37,069 bases of DNA from the IMG/VR virus record IMGVR_UViG_2568526441_000003; one strand, 5' to 3'. Positions within the stretch are counted from its first letter, which is position 1. Each line of letters starts with the position of its first letter. The notes under the pieces were generated by a model that was given only the letters and a program-made list of their open reading frames with translations, was not told where the DNA came from and did not search any database. Shown piece by piece: positions 9,181 to 18,830 of the stretch. Position numbers and translations under genes: made by a program. The DNA comes from a virus. Lineage: Duplodnaviria > Heunggongvirae > Uroviricota > Caudoviricetes.

Positions 9181-9354
9181 GAAACGTTGCCCCCAGTAGG
9201 GTTCATTCTGATGGGGGCTAGTTTGAGCAACGAGTGAAACGAGGCGTTAGGTGGGAGGCCATTTTGATAAGTTATCACCCACTTTATACCAATAACAGAA
9301 CTGCGTAATAACTATTTACCTCGGGGGGAGATGTGAGCCATACAAATTTCAGTA

Positions 9355-10413
9355 TTAATTTTCAATTCCCTCCATTTTACAATGAGTTTTTTCCCAGAAC
9401 TGTAATACAACAGGACTAGCCCACTCTGGCATCAGTGCGTTATTTAAAAAACTGAAAACATCATGAGACGCATCAGCATTTTTTCTAAGGAATTTCCAGC
9501 CTTTTCTAGTATTTATCTCAACAATACCTAACCCACCATCATTAAACATATGCATCTTGAATTCAGGATTGTTTACACCTAGAGATTTTATTTCTTTTAT
9601 GTATGGACTATCTTCATCCATAAATATTTTCTCTATGTGCTTAGCACAATGATATATTTTATTTCGATAAGTTGATACGCTCACAGCGGTACGCGCTGTT
9701 GTTATTCCCATTCCTAATGGGGCATATGCTTTTCCATCCATCACTACGGGCAGATTTATTCCATTTTTTCTTAAGTTTGCAATATCTGAATCTGTAGTTG
9801 GATGAATACAAGCTAAGCCTGAAATACCTTTCATTTCAAATATTTCTGCTGCTTCTGGCCAGTTGCGTATGAATGTTTCTACCAAATCTCTTTGAGAAAA
9901 AAGATTTGGTTCTATGTTTTTATCATGATGTTTTATATCAATAAAAAGCACAGCGTTTGAGTACACCTTCAGGAATAATACCCACTCAGCACGATCTGAG
10001 TATTTTTTACTTGAACTTACTGGATTTAATGGCAGATGGAGGTGATGAATCCCCCAATCAGCCCATAGGTTATCCGTTCTTTTCGTCGCCTTTTTACCGC
10101 TTGTGTCATTGAATAATGTTAATGTTTTACTCTGATAAGGATTTACATCACCACCAGTAGTAAACAACATCTCGATTCTCTGCAATCCAACCCTTGCGCC
10201 ATCGTGAATATTTTCAGGAAATCGATCTGATTTTAAAATTATTCGTTTTTGTGGAGCAATGTAGCGTAAAAGAAAATCACACCACCTCAGTAGAGGATCG
10301 TGAAGATTTGAGTGCCCGGATTCATCATATAATAACCCAAATGCTTGAATTCCCTTCTCTGAAATTTCGTCAATATCTTTGATTAGATCAATATTTTTTC
10401 GTGCGTCCAACAT
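9355..10413 (-). CDS. uncharacterized 352-aa cargo protein at the tin/old-equivalent variable locus; candidate defense or exclusion gene
   Basis: Long ORF on the strand opposite the early operon, visibly AT-rich, GGAG SD 6 nt upstream of ATG; I recognise no family. Confidence 0.65.
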   Translation of the reverse strand: MLDARKNIDLIKDIDEISEKGIQAFGLLYDESGHSNLHDPLLRWCDFLLRYIAPQKRIILKSDRFPENIHDGARVGLQRIEMLFTTGGDVNPYQSKTLTLFNDTSGKKATKRTDNLWADWGIHHLHLPLNPVSSSKKYSDRAEWVLFLKVYSNAVLFIDIKHHDKNIEPNLFSQRDLVETFIRNWPEAAEIFEMKGISGLACIHPTTDSDIANLRKNGINLPVVMDGKAYAPLGMGITTARTAVSVSTYRNKIYHCAKHIEKIFMDEDSPYIKEIKSLGVNNPEFKMHMFNDGGLGIVEINTRKGWKFLRKNADASHDVFSFLNNALMPEWASPVVLQFWEKTHCKMEGIEN

Positions 10414-10807
10414 ACTAACTCCGTTTAAATATAATTTTTTAGTATTTCAGTTAATTAATATCTATACGCCGTTATAGCTGAATTTTCCGGTGATTTCAGG
10501 GCACATTAACCAATTTAGATAATACTATAGTAATGGTTGGGCTGATTTTTCAAGAACAAAAGTAATTTTCAAGCTTTGTAACATGTTGATTTTCCACTTT
10601 TCGCTCAAGCGGGCTTTCATCTTTGCAAGCCCATATGTTCGTTTTTCAAGCGATTATTCAGATACGTTAACTTCCCATGGCAGTGCATAACTATGCTGCA
10701 TGAAATCGCATGATCGATCGAGGATCGTCTATGCTTAGACCAGCCAGAAATGGCGGGCTTTTGCTCATGTCATGCAGCTGCATGAAAACCACTGCATAAA
10801 GTGGGCA

Positions 10808-10826
10808 GGCGTGGCGGGGATACGAG
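10808..10826. other. candidate cos site (cohesive-end region)
   Basis: GGCGTGGCGGGGA at 10808..10820 matches the first 13 nt of the 19-nt cohesive end of 186/P2 as recalled from memory (GGCG[T/A]GGCGGGGAAAGCA-); GC-rich islet inside AT-rich DNA; flanked by a direct repeat GCTGCATGAAA (10696..10706 and 10777..10787) and a 14-bp palindrome CATGCAGCTGCATG (10771..10784). Confidence 0.45.
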
Positions 10827-10946
10827 CGCGCGCTAGAAACGTTTACTGATATTCTTGTAGTACATTGCATTTTTCTTTTTTTATGTCATATCATTAGCCA
10901 TTTGAATAGGACATTATTATCAATTTGTTGTCTCTGAGGATAAGTT

Positions 10947-12728
10947 ATGAATTTTGATGCAACACCACTAAATATAAAAAACATTCTATCTGTAAAACAA
11001 AGATATGTTATTCCTCGTAATCAACGTGAGTTTAGTTGGGAAAAGCTTCAGCTTGAAGAGTTATGGCAAGATATTGTCAGAAACATAAGGTTGAATGAAG
11101 ATGGACAGAACTTGGAGTGTTCAGAATATTTTATAGGGACTATTGTTCTTTCTGGAGCAGATAGTGATGATGTATTAGAAGTGGTTGATGGACAACAACG
11201 ATTTTCAGTTATTACTATATTGCTTTCATTAATATCGCGTAAATTGCGTTCCTTAGGGCAAGATTCATTAGCGGATGATATATTTAAAACATATATCGTT
11301 ACTGTGAGTCCTACATTTAGCAGAAGCCAATTAGCTTCAAATGGTGAGACATTTATTGAAAAATTAGCAAAAAATAGCGATAGAACATATTTTAAGTTAA
11401 AATATCAAGATCGCGAAGAGCATCAAGTTGATGAATCTTGTGAAGAGGATGTACGTATAAGTTATGCAGGAATTTTTCTTTCTAGAAAACTAGGGAGGAA
11501 ATCACTCTGTTCTGCATTGTTGCGAGATGGTGCAAAACATTATAATAACCAAGATTATATATTTTGTTTGACTGCTGTATATAGAATGATTACCAATTAT
11601 TTGAAGTTGGTAAAAATATCTGTAGGTAAGGAGGATGATGCTTATGATATTTTTGAAGTGTTGAATGCTCGAGGGATAAACTTAAGTTCAATTGATTTGA
11701 TAAAGAATAAAGTATTCCAAACTTGCACTCAAACATATCCGGTAGATATTGCAAAAACAAAATGGGATTATATCGTTACTCAAATTGAGTCTAGGGATAG
11801 TAATAGCACTATTGCTGATTATATTAGAACGTGGTGGCTTTCTAAGTATAATTATATTGGAGAAGATCAACTTTATCGTGCTTTTAAACGTGAGATTCAA
11901 GATGAGAATACTTTATTGTCATCAGCATCATTTCTGAACGAATTATATGATGATGTTGAATTATACTGTAAAATAATAGCGCCAAATACAGATGACTGGC
12001 CTCAACCTGATCAGCGTGAAATTTACAACTCGTTAAAAGCATTCGAGATTTTTAATGTGAGTATTCCTCGACCATTTGTACTCTCATTACTTAGAAAACG
12101 TAAAGAGAAACCGAGAGCCCTTACACAATCAATGCTGATAGAATGTTTGAAGTCCTTAGAGTCATTTCACTTTAAGTTTAATGCAGTATGTCGTCTAAGA
12201 CCATCTGGAATCGATGCAAAATATTCTGTATTAGCAGTAAGAATGAATAAGGCATTAAATAAAAGAGATGTTGAGGGTGTTATTAATGACGCGTTAGATT
12301 ATTTTACACAGAAAGGACCTTCAGAAAATATATTCAAACAAGCATTTTCAAAGAATATTGTTTATACAAATAAAAAGTCTGGGCAAAGGAAGTTGATTGT
12401 TTATATTTTTGACAAATTGGAACGTATCAGACGAGGGACGCGAGAGTTAAAAATGGATATAGTTTCTTTGGAACACATATCATCTCAAAGCAAAACTAAC
12501 GAGTCAGTCGTGGGTATGATTGGTAATTTACTACCACTCTGTTTTTCACTTAATGAAGATTGCAAAAATTATGAGTTGCACAAAAAAATAGAATCTTATA
12601 AAAAATCTGATTTAAAATTAGTTACAGAGTTTGTTAGTGAGTCAGAAGCAAGAGAACATAAATGGGATGATTCATTAATAAAAGAAAGAACAGATGGCTT
12701 GGCGTTAGAAACGTTTGCTAAAATATAA
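10947..12728 (+). CDS. DUF262/DUF1524 (GmrSD-family) putative type IV modification-dependent restriction endonuclease
   Basis: 593 aa; N-terminal ParB-like DUF262 signature (NQREFSWEKLQLEELWQDI ... VVDGQQR) and C-terminal His-Me-finger-like segment (LEHISSQSK); GAGGA SD upstream; visibly AT-rich. Confidence 0.75.
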   Translation: MNFDATPLNIKNILSVKQRYVIPRNQREFSWEKLQLEELWQDIVRNIRLNEDGQNLECSEYFIGTIVLSGADSDDVLEVVDGQQRFSVITILLSLISRKLRSLGQDSLADDIFKTYIVTVSPTFSRSQLASNGETFIEKLAKNSDRTYFKLKYQDREEHQVDESCEEDVRISYAGIFLSRKLGRKSLCSALLRDGAKHYNNQDYIFCLTAVYRMITNYLKLVKISVGKEDDAYDIFEVLNARGINLSSIDLIKNKVFQTCTQTYPVDIAKTKWDYIVTQIESRDSNSTIADYIRTWWLSKYNYIGEDQLYRAFKREIQDENTLLSSASFLNELYDDVELYCKIIAPNTDDWPQPDQREIYNSLKAFEIFNVSIPRPFVLSLLRKRKEKPRALTQSMLIECLKSLESFHFKFNAVCRLRPSGIDAKYSVLAVRMNKALNKRDVEGVINDALDYFTQKGPSENIFKQAFSKNIVYTNKKSGQRKLIVYIFDKLERIRRGTRELKMDIVSLEHISSQSKTNESVVGMIGNLLPLCFSLNEDCKNYELHKKIESYKKSDLKLVTEFVSESEAREHKWDDSLIKERTDGLALETFAKI

Positions 12729-12735
12729 GTTCAGT

Positions 12736-12754
12736 GGCAGGTATAGTACCTGCC
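12736..12754 (+). terminator. hairpin (8-bp stem, 3-nt loop) after the GmrSD-like gene
   Basis: GGCAGGTA-TAG-TACCTGCC followed by a moderately T-rich ATTATTCAATTT; lies between convergent gene ends. Confidence 0.4.
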
Positions 12755-12764
12755 ATTATTCAAT

Positions 12765-13802
12765 TTACATACACTCCACTGAGTATTCACTGAATGAGAT
12801 GATGTTTTTTTTAGCCCATTCATTAAGTTGCAGAATATGTTTTTGAATTGGTAGTAACTCATTCATAACAAATACTTTCGCGGCCTTTTCCACATCCCCA
12901 AACCCCCCAACATTATTTGGCATAATCCCCATCATTTGCGGCGGCACTCGGTGTGCTGCCATCATGTCATCGCGGCTCACGTTCTTGATATTCAGAAACT
13001 CATCCTTCGCTGCGACTTCTGACAACGGGATAATCTGAAGTCCGTCCTTTTTGCCGTTAGGCGAGTACATAAACAGATTGCGGAAGTTGCCTGGACCTTT
13101 GGCGCTTTTCATCGCGTTGCGGAGGTTGTTCACATCCTCCTGATTCTGCGCGGCGTCGGTCATGTACATGATGAAGCCTGCATGACTACCGTTGATGTAA
13201 TACTTACGGCGGAACAGCGTGGCGGATTCGTTGAGCAGGGCGGATGGAATGGCAGAAAGATAGCCGGGCAGGCCGTAGATCTCCTGGTTGATGTCCGGTT
13301 CCATCAGATGAAAAATGCTGCCTTTCGTGAACTGATACTGCTGGGTTGTCATACCGTATTGCACAAACCAGTAGGTATCCAGGTCTAACCCGCGTCGGGT
13401 GTATTTTGCCAGCGCAGGCTCAAGGGCGATAACTTCACCGAATCGGTTCGTGCGTTTCTCCAGGTAGGCGTTACCAAATACCAGATAGTCCTGCACAAAA
13501 CGCGAAAAAGCCTGTTGGCTGAGCAGCGGATGAGGGATATAGGTACTGGTCAGAATGTTGCACTTTACTGCAATCGGGGAACTGTGATGCACGGCAGCGC
13601 GGAAGGTGCGCGCCAGTCCGTCAAAGCTGACGGGAGGCTCATACCAGCGATCTGTCTGAACACATTCCACATAGTCCAGCAGTTCGCGGCGGTCAAGTAC
13701 TGGAACGGGATCACCGAAGCTGAATGCTTCGGCTGAAGTCTGGTTTTTATGCTGGATCTGATTCGTCGCCGCAGCGCGGTTTTTCTTACTCTTTCCCATC
13801 AA
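12765..13802 (-). CDS. Q: capsid portal protein Q
   Basis: 345-aa ORF, leftward, overlapping the terminase gene start by 4 nt; matches P2 Q position and size. Confidence 0.85.
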   Translation of the reverse strand: MMGKSKKNRAAATNQIQHKNQTSAEAFSFGDPVPVLDRRELLDYVECVQTDRWYEPPVSFDGLARTFRAAVHHSSPIAVKCNILTSTYIPHPLLSQQAFSRFVQDYLVFGNAYLEKRTNRFGEVIALEPALAKYTRRGLDLDTYWFVQYGMTTQQYQFTKGSIFHLMEPDINQEIYGLPGYLSAIPSALLNESATLFRRKYYINGSHAGFIMYMTDAAQNQEDVNNLRNAMKSAKGPGNFRNLFMYSPNGKKDGLQIIPLSEVAAKDEFLNIKNVSRDDMMAAHRVPPQMMGIMPNNVGGFGDVEKAAKVFVMNELLPIQKHILQLNEWAKKNIISFSEYSVECM

Positions 13803-15565
13803 AAAATCTCCACAATATTGCTGGTATTGGCGGACTCGCCCTGCAGCGGTTCGTTAAACAGTGCGTGCATTGTTGCCCAGGCCAGATCGGCGTGGCTGGC
13901 TTCTTCGCTGCGGCTGGCTTCATAGGTCGGGCGGTTGCCACTGGCGGTGGTGGCACGACGGATTGCCATGAATGACTGCGCAATGTCGGTGTGCCCGGCG
14001 TCAAACTCCAGACGGCGGTGGCTGATAATGTCGTAGGCCTTGAGTACCAGGGCATTTTTAACGTTGGGGTTGTAGACAAACTCCCGGACGGCAGGAAAGA
14101 ACGCTTTCACGTTCTCGTAAACTCCGTGACCGACACCTGTCGAGTCGATACCGATATAGGTCACGTTGTACTGTTCGGTCAGTTTTTTGATGGCGTCAGC
14201 TTGGGCGCGGAAGTCCATCCCGCGCCACTGGTGACGCTCAAGAATGCGAAACTTACCGCCTGGCACGGCTGGCGGTGCCACCACCACGCATCCGGCGCTG
14301 TCGCCGTTCTGCGTACCTTTTGCCGGGTCATAACCGATCCACACTTCTCGCCAGCCAAACGGGCGCAGGGCCAGTGCATGAAAGTCGGTCCAGACTTCCC
14401 AACTGTCCACCATGCATGCCTGCAGCTCGCTGAGCGGAAATACGGACGCGAGATCGTCCACGAATTCACACATCAGCAGGTTCTGGTATTCGTCCGGGCT
14501 GTATTCCATGCGCAACTGGTCAAGGTCGAACAGGTTACAGCCGCCGCGCACCGCATCTTCCACGGTGACTATCTGGCGGTATTGCCCGTCTGCACACAGC
14601 AGGCCTGGAGCCAGATTGCTGTGGGACAGGTCGATGTCCACCTTGTCGGCTTTATTGCGCCCACGGTTGAATAGCGCACCGGACCAGAACGGATAAGCAC
14701 TGTGTGTCAGGCTGGATGGCGTGGAAAAATAGGTTTGTCGCCATTTTTTGTGAATAGCCATACCGGAAGCCACTTTGCGCAGCTCCTGGAATTTCGGTAT
14801 CCAGAAATATTCATCCAGATACAGGTTGCCGTGGTAACTCTGGGCCGTGCGGGCATTGGTGCCGAGGAAATACAGTGTGGCCCCGTTGGGAAGCACCATC
14901 GGATCGCCTTTCAGCTCCACTTCCACTTCTTTGGCGAAGTCGATGATGTACTGCTTAAAGACGTGGGCCTGTGCCTTGCTGGCGGAAAGGAAAATCTGGT
15001 TACGTCCGGTAAGCAGAGCGTCAATCAGGGCTTCACGGGCAAAGTAAAAGGTCGCGCCGATCTGGCGTGACTTCAGCAGGTTGCGGATGCGGTTGGTTTT
15101 TCCGGCTTCCCACCAGTGGCGCTGGTAGTTGAACATAGAGGAATGGAAGATTTCTACCAGCTTCTCAATCTGCTCATCGGTGAAAACATTCTTTTCCGGC
15201 TGACGGCGCGGGCCTTTGTTGCGGTTGGCGACGTTAGGGTTTAAGTCGGCTTCGTTGCCGCCATTGTTAAACTTGCCGATCCGCGCGTGGCGTTCCGACT
15301 GGCGCGCCAGCAGGTCAATCTCTTTGAAATCTTTCCCTTCTTTGTGCTCCTTCATAATGAGCTGGCAGTAGCGTGCGGCGGTGGTGAGCTGCATCTGATC
15401 CAGCGGCCCATAGTCACCCCACTTGTCGCGTTTCTTCCAGCTGTGAACGGTTGCAACTTTCTCGCCCAGCATTTCAGCAATGCGGGCTACACGGTATCCC
15501 TGAAAGTACAGCAGCATGGCCTGCCGACGGGGATCGAGATCTGCGGGTGTCAGTGTGGTGTTCAT
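13799..15565 (-). CDS. P: terminase large (ATPase) subunit P
   Basis: 588-aa ORF divergent from the O-N-M capsid operon; matches P2 P size and position. Confidence 0.85.
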   Translation of the reverse strand: MNTTLTPADLDPRRQAMLLYFQGYRVARIAEMLGEKVATVHSWKKRDKWGDYGPLDQMQLTTAARYCQLIMKEHKEGKDFKEIDLLARQSERHARIGKFNNGGNEADLNPNVANRNKGPRRQPEKNVFTDEQIEKLVEIFHSSMFNYQRHWWEAGKTNRIRNLLKSRQIGATFYFAREALIDALLTGRNQIFLSASKAQAHVFKQYIIDFAKEVEVELKGDPMVLPNGATLYFLGTNARTAQSYHGNLYLDEYFWIPKFQELRKVASGMAIHKKWRQTYFSTPSSLTHSAYPFWSGALFNRGRNKADKVDIDLSHSNLAPGLLCADGQYRQIVTVEDAVRGGCNLFDLDQLRMEYSPDEYQNLLMCEFVDDLASVFPLSELQACMVDSWEVWTDFHALALRPFGWREVWIGYDPAKGTQNGDSAGCVVVAPPAVPGGKFRILERHQWRGMDFRAQADAIKKLTEQYNVTYIGIDSTGVGHGVYENVKAFFPAVREFVYNPNVKNALVLKAYDIISHRRLEFDAGHTDIAQSFMAIRRATTASGNRPTYEASRSEEASHADLAWATMHALFNEPLQGESANTSNIVEIF

Positions 15566-15611
15566 GGCACAAACCTACAGCCTTGAATGAAGGCTTTCCC
15601 CGCCTGCGGTT

Positions 15612-15629
15612 TGTGTGGTTGTCGGTACA
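15612..15629. promoter_or_regulatory. late-promoter activator dyad TGT-N12-ACA (candidate Ogr site for PO and/or PP)
   Basis: TGTgtggttgtcggtACA read directly in the P/O divergent intergenic region; centre is about 87 nt upstream of the O start codon. Confidence 0.4.
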
Positions 15630-15707
15630 AATACCGCGCATTGTTTCACTGCCCACATCACCGCAACCATAAGGCTCCAGTAAGTTTTTTCTAACGGAGC
15701 ACGGCTC

Positions 15708-16541
15708 ATGACAGTGAAAGCAAAGCGTTTTCGCATCGGGGTGGAAGGTGCCACCACCGACGGACGCGAAATCCAGCGTGAATGGCTGGAACAGATGGCA
15801 GCCAGCTACAACCCGGCGGTGTATACCGCGCTGATTAACCTTGAGCACATCAAGTCTTATCTGCCGGACAGCACCTTTAACCGCTACGGCAAGGTGACGG
15901 CGCTGTTTGCTGAAGAAATCACGGAAGGTCCGCTGGCAGGAAAGATGGCGCTGTATGCCGACGTTGAGCCAACGGAGTCCCTGGTGGAGCTGGTGAAAAA
16001 AGGCCAGAAATTATTCACATCTATGGAAGTCAGTCCGAAGTTCGCTGATACGGGCAAAGCCTACCTGGTTGGCCTGGCTGCCACTGATGACCCTGCCAGT
16101 CTGGGTACGGAAATGCTGACATTCAGCGCCAGTGCAGCCCATAACCCGCTGGCAAACCGCAAGCAGAATCCCGCCAATCTTTTTACCGCTGCAGAGGAAA
16201 CGGTGATCGAACTGGAAGAAATCCAGGATGACAAACCGTCCCTGTTTGCCCGTGTCACGGCGCTGTTCACCAAAAAAGAGCAGTCCGATGACGCCCGGTT
16301 CTCTGATGTGCATAAGGCCGTGGAACTGGTCGCCACTGAGCAGCAGAACCTGAGTGCGCGCACCGAAAAATCCCTGTCTGAGCAGGAAGAACGCCTGTCT
16401 GAGCTGGAGACTGCCCTGCAGGCACAGCAGACCGCCTTTAACGAACTGGTGGACAAGCTGAGCCAAGAAGACAGCCGCCAGGACTACCGCCAGCGTGCAA
16501 CAGGCGGTAACGCCCCCGCTGACACTCTGACCAATTGCTGA
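15708..16541 (+). CDS. O: capsid scaffolding protein O
   Basis: 277 aa; FRIGVEGATTDGREI...INLEH...KGQKLFTSMEV...YLVGLAATDDPASLGTE closely resembles P2 gpO as recalled. Confidence 0.9.
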   Translation: MTVKAKRFRIGVEGATTDGREIQREWLEQMAASYNPAVYTALINLEHIKSYLPDSTFNRYGKVTALFAEEITEGPLAGKMALYADVEPTESLVELVKKGQKLFTSMEVSPKFADTGKAYLVGLAATDDPASLGTEMLTFSASAAHNPLANRKQNPANLFTAAEETVIELEEIQDDKPSLFARVTALFTKKEQSDDARFSDVHKAVELVATEQQNLSARTEKSLSEQEERLSELETALQAQQTAFNELVDKLSQEDSRQDYRQRATGGNAPADTLTNC

Positions 16542-16557
16542 TGGAGCACAAAACCTG

Positions 16558-17616
16558 ATGAAGAAGAATACCCGCTTTGCTTTTAACGCTTACCTGCAGC
16601 AACTGGCGCGTCTGAACGGTGTGGCAGTTGAAGAACTGTCCAGCAAATTCACCGTAGAGCCGTCTGTACAGCAGACTCTGGAAGACCAGATCCAGCAGTC
16701 CGCCGCTTTCCTGACGCTGATTAACGTCACGCCAGTGACTGAGCAATCCGGTCAGCTGCTGGGGTTGGGTGTTGGCAGCACCATTGCTGGAACCACTGAT
16801 ACCACCGCGAAAGAGCGTGAGCCTGTCGATCCGACGCTGATGGTCGATGTGGAATATAAATGCGAGCAGACCAACTTTGACACGGTGCTGACCTACGCGA
16901 AGCTGGATCTGTGGGCGAAGTTTCAGGATTTCCAGGTGCGTATCCGTGACGCCATCGTGAAACGTCAGGCACTGGACCGCATCATGATCGGCTTTAACGG
17001 CGTGAAGCGTGCGAAAACCTCCAACCGTAGCGAAAACCCGCTGCTGCAGGATGTGAACAAAGGCTGGTTACAGAAAATCCGTGAGGATGCACCGGATCAT
17101 GTCATGGGCAGCAGCACCACGGGCGGTGAAACCACACCGGGTGCGGTGAAAGTCGGGAAAGGGGGCGAATATGCCAACCTGGACGCCGTGGTGATGGATG
17201 CGGTCAATGAGCTTATCGACGTTGTCTACCAGGACGATGACGATCTGGTGGTGATTTGCGGGCGTGAACTGCTGTCTGACAAGTATTTCCCGCTGGTCAA
17301 CAAAGAGCAGGAAAACAGTGAAAAACTGGCTGCCGATATGATCATCAGTCAGAAACGCATGGGGGGCCTGCAGGCGGTGCGTGCGCCGTTCTTCCCGCCG
17401 AATGCGCTGCTGATCACCCGTCTGGATAACCTGTCCATCTACTGGCAGGAAGATACCCGCCGCCGTTCAGTTATCGACAACCCGAAACGTGACCGGATTG
17501 AAAATTTTGAATCCGTTAACGAAGCCTATGTGGTTGAGGACTATCGCTGCGCTGCACTGGTGGAAAACATCCAGATTGGTGACTTCAGCGCCGCCGCAGC
17601 AGAAACCGGAGCGTAA
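16558..17616 (+). CDS. N: major capsid protein N
   Basis: 352 aa; TRFAFNAYL...FTVEPSVQQTL...GFNGVKRA...KGGEYANLDA resembles P2 gpN as recalled. Confidence 0.9.
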   Translation: MKKNTRFAFNAYLQQLARLNGVAVEELSSKFTVEPSVQQTLEDQIQQSAAFLTLINVTPVTEQSGQLLGLGVGSTIAGTTDTTAKEREPVDPTLMVDVEYKCEQTNFDTVLTYAKLDLWAKFQDFQVRIRDAIVKRQALDRIMIGFNGVKRAKTSNRSENPLLQDVNKGWLQKIREDAPDHVMGSSTTGGETTPGAVKVGKGGEYANLDAVVMDAVNELIDVVYQDDDDLVVICGRELLSDKYFPLVNKEQENSEKLAADMIISQKRMGGLQAVRAPFFPPNALLITRLDNLSIYWQEDTRRRSVIDNPKRDRIENFESVNEAYVVEDYRCAALVENIQIGDFSAAAAETGA

Positions 17617-17619
17617 TTC

Positions 17620-18270
17620 ATGAGCCTGAGTCCCGCACGGCAGCATCGCCTGCGCGTTCAGGCTGAACAGGCCGCTCGCGAGGGTGGCAGTGTTCGCCAC
17701 GCGTCGGGCTATGACCTGATGCTGCTGCAACTGGCGGAAGACCGTCGCCGTCTCAAGGGCGTTCAGTCCACGGTAAAAAAAGCGGAAATCAAGGTGGAGC
17801 TGCTGCCGAAATATGCTGCCTGGGCGGAGGGCGTTCTGGCTGCCGGAGGCGCTCAACAGGATGACGTGCTGATGTACGTGATGCTGTGGCGCATTGATGC
17901 CGGAGATTATGCCGGGGCGCTGGAGATCGGGCGTCATGCCCTGCGTCATGGCTGGGTGATGCCGCTGGGTAACCGCAACGTGCAGACCGTGCTGGCAGAG
18001 GAAATGGCAGACGCGGCGCAGAGCGCAATGCTTGCCGCCACCGGCTTTGATGCCGCTCTGTTGCTGCAGACGCTGGAGCTGACAGATGGTCTGGATATGC
18101 CGGACCAGTCACGGGCGCGTCTGCATAAAGCGATTGGCGCTGTCCTGAGTGAAAGTAATCCGGCTTCCGCCCTTAATCATCTCAACCATGCGTTACAGCT
18201 CGATCCCCGCTGTGGCGTGAAAAAAGACAAACAGCAGCTGGAGCGCAGACTGCGCAATGACAGCCGCTGA
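17620..18270 (+). CDS. M: terminase small (endonuclease) subunit M
   Basis: 216-aa ORF directly after N; synteny with P2 M. Confidence 0.8.
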   Translation: MSLSPARQHRLRVQAEQAAREGGSVRHASGYDLMLLQLAEDRRRLKGVQSTVKKAEIKVELLPKYAAWAEGVLAAGGAQQDDVLMYVMLWRIDAGDYAGALEIGRHALRHGWVMPLGNRNVQTVLAEEMADAAQSAMLAATGFDAALLLQTLELTDGLDMPDQSRARLHKAIGAVLSESNPASALNHLNHALQLDPRCGVKKDKQQLERRLRNDSR

Positions 18271-18365
18271 CAGAACGTGCCCCCGCGCACGGGCGGCACG
18301 GGGTGGCGAAAGGCACTGCCACATCAAAACCCCGTCCACCGCCCTCTATTTCAGGAGAAAGCAGC

Positions 18366-18830
18366 ATGAAGTTTGTTGCGCCAGAACAGGCACCGGAACA
18401 GGCGGAAATCATCAGGAATACGCCGTTCTGGCCTGATGTGGACTTGTCGGAGTTTCGCAGTGTCATGCGCACTGACGGCACGGTGACGCAGCCGCGTTTA
18501 AAGCAGGTTGCGCTGTCGGCAATTTCGGAGGTCAACGCAGAGCTGTATGAGTTTCGCAGACGCCAGCAGATGCTGGGGTATGCCTCGCTGGCAGAGGTTC
18601 CGGCAGAACAGCTGGACGGCAAAAGTGAGCGCATTCAGCACTATTTCAACGCGGTTTACTGCTGGGCACGCGCCATGCTCAACGAACGATACCAGGACTA
18701 TGACGCCACGGCATCCGGTGTGAAGCGAGGCGAGGAACTGGCGGAAGCCAGCGGTGATTTATGGCGTGACGCCCGCTGGGCCATCAGCCGGGTACAGGAC
18801 GCGCCGCACTGCACAGTGGAGCTTATCTGA
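18366..18830 (+). CDS. L: head completion/stabilization protein L
   Basis: 154 aa from ATG 18366; synteny. Confidence 0.75.
   Translation: MKFVAPEQAPEQAEIIRNTPFWPDVDLSEFRSVMRTDGTVTQPRLKQVALSAISEVNAELYEFRRRQQMLGYASLAEVPAEQLDGKSERIQHYFNAVYCWARAMLNERYQDYDATASGVKRGEELAEASGDLWRDARWAISRVQDAPHCTVELI

Noticed and set aside
9189-9218. Hairpin GCCCCCA...TGGGGGC after the DinI-like gene as a terminator
   Set aside because: The 7-bp stem encloses a 16-nt loop and is not followed by a T-tract; too weak to call.
9640-9670. RNKIYH (Rx4H) HEPN-like motif in the 352-aa ORF as evidence for an RNase
   Set aside because: A six-residue pattern is expected by chance at appreciable frequency in a protein this long; kept only as a hypothesis for mutagenesis.
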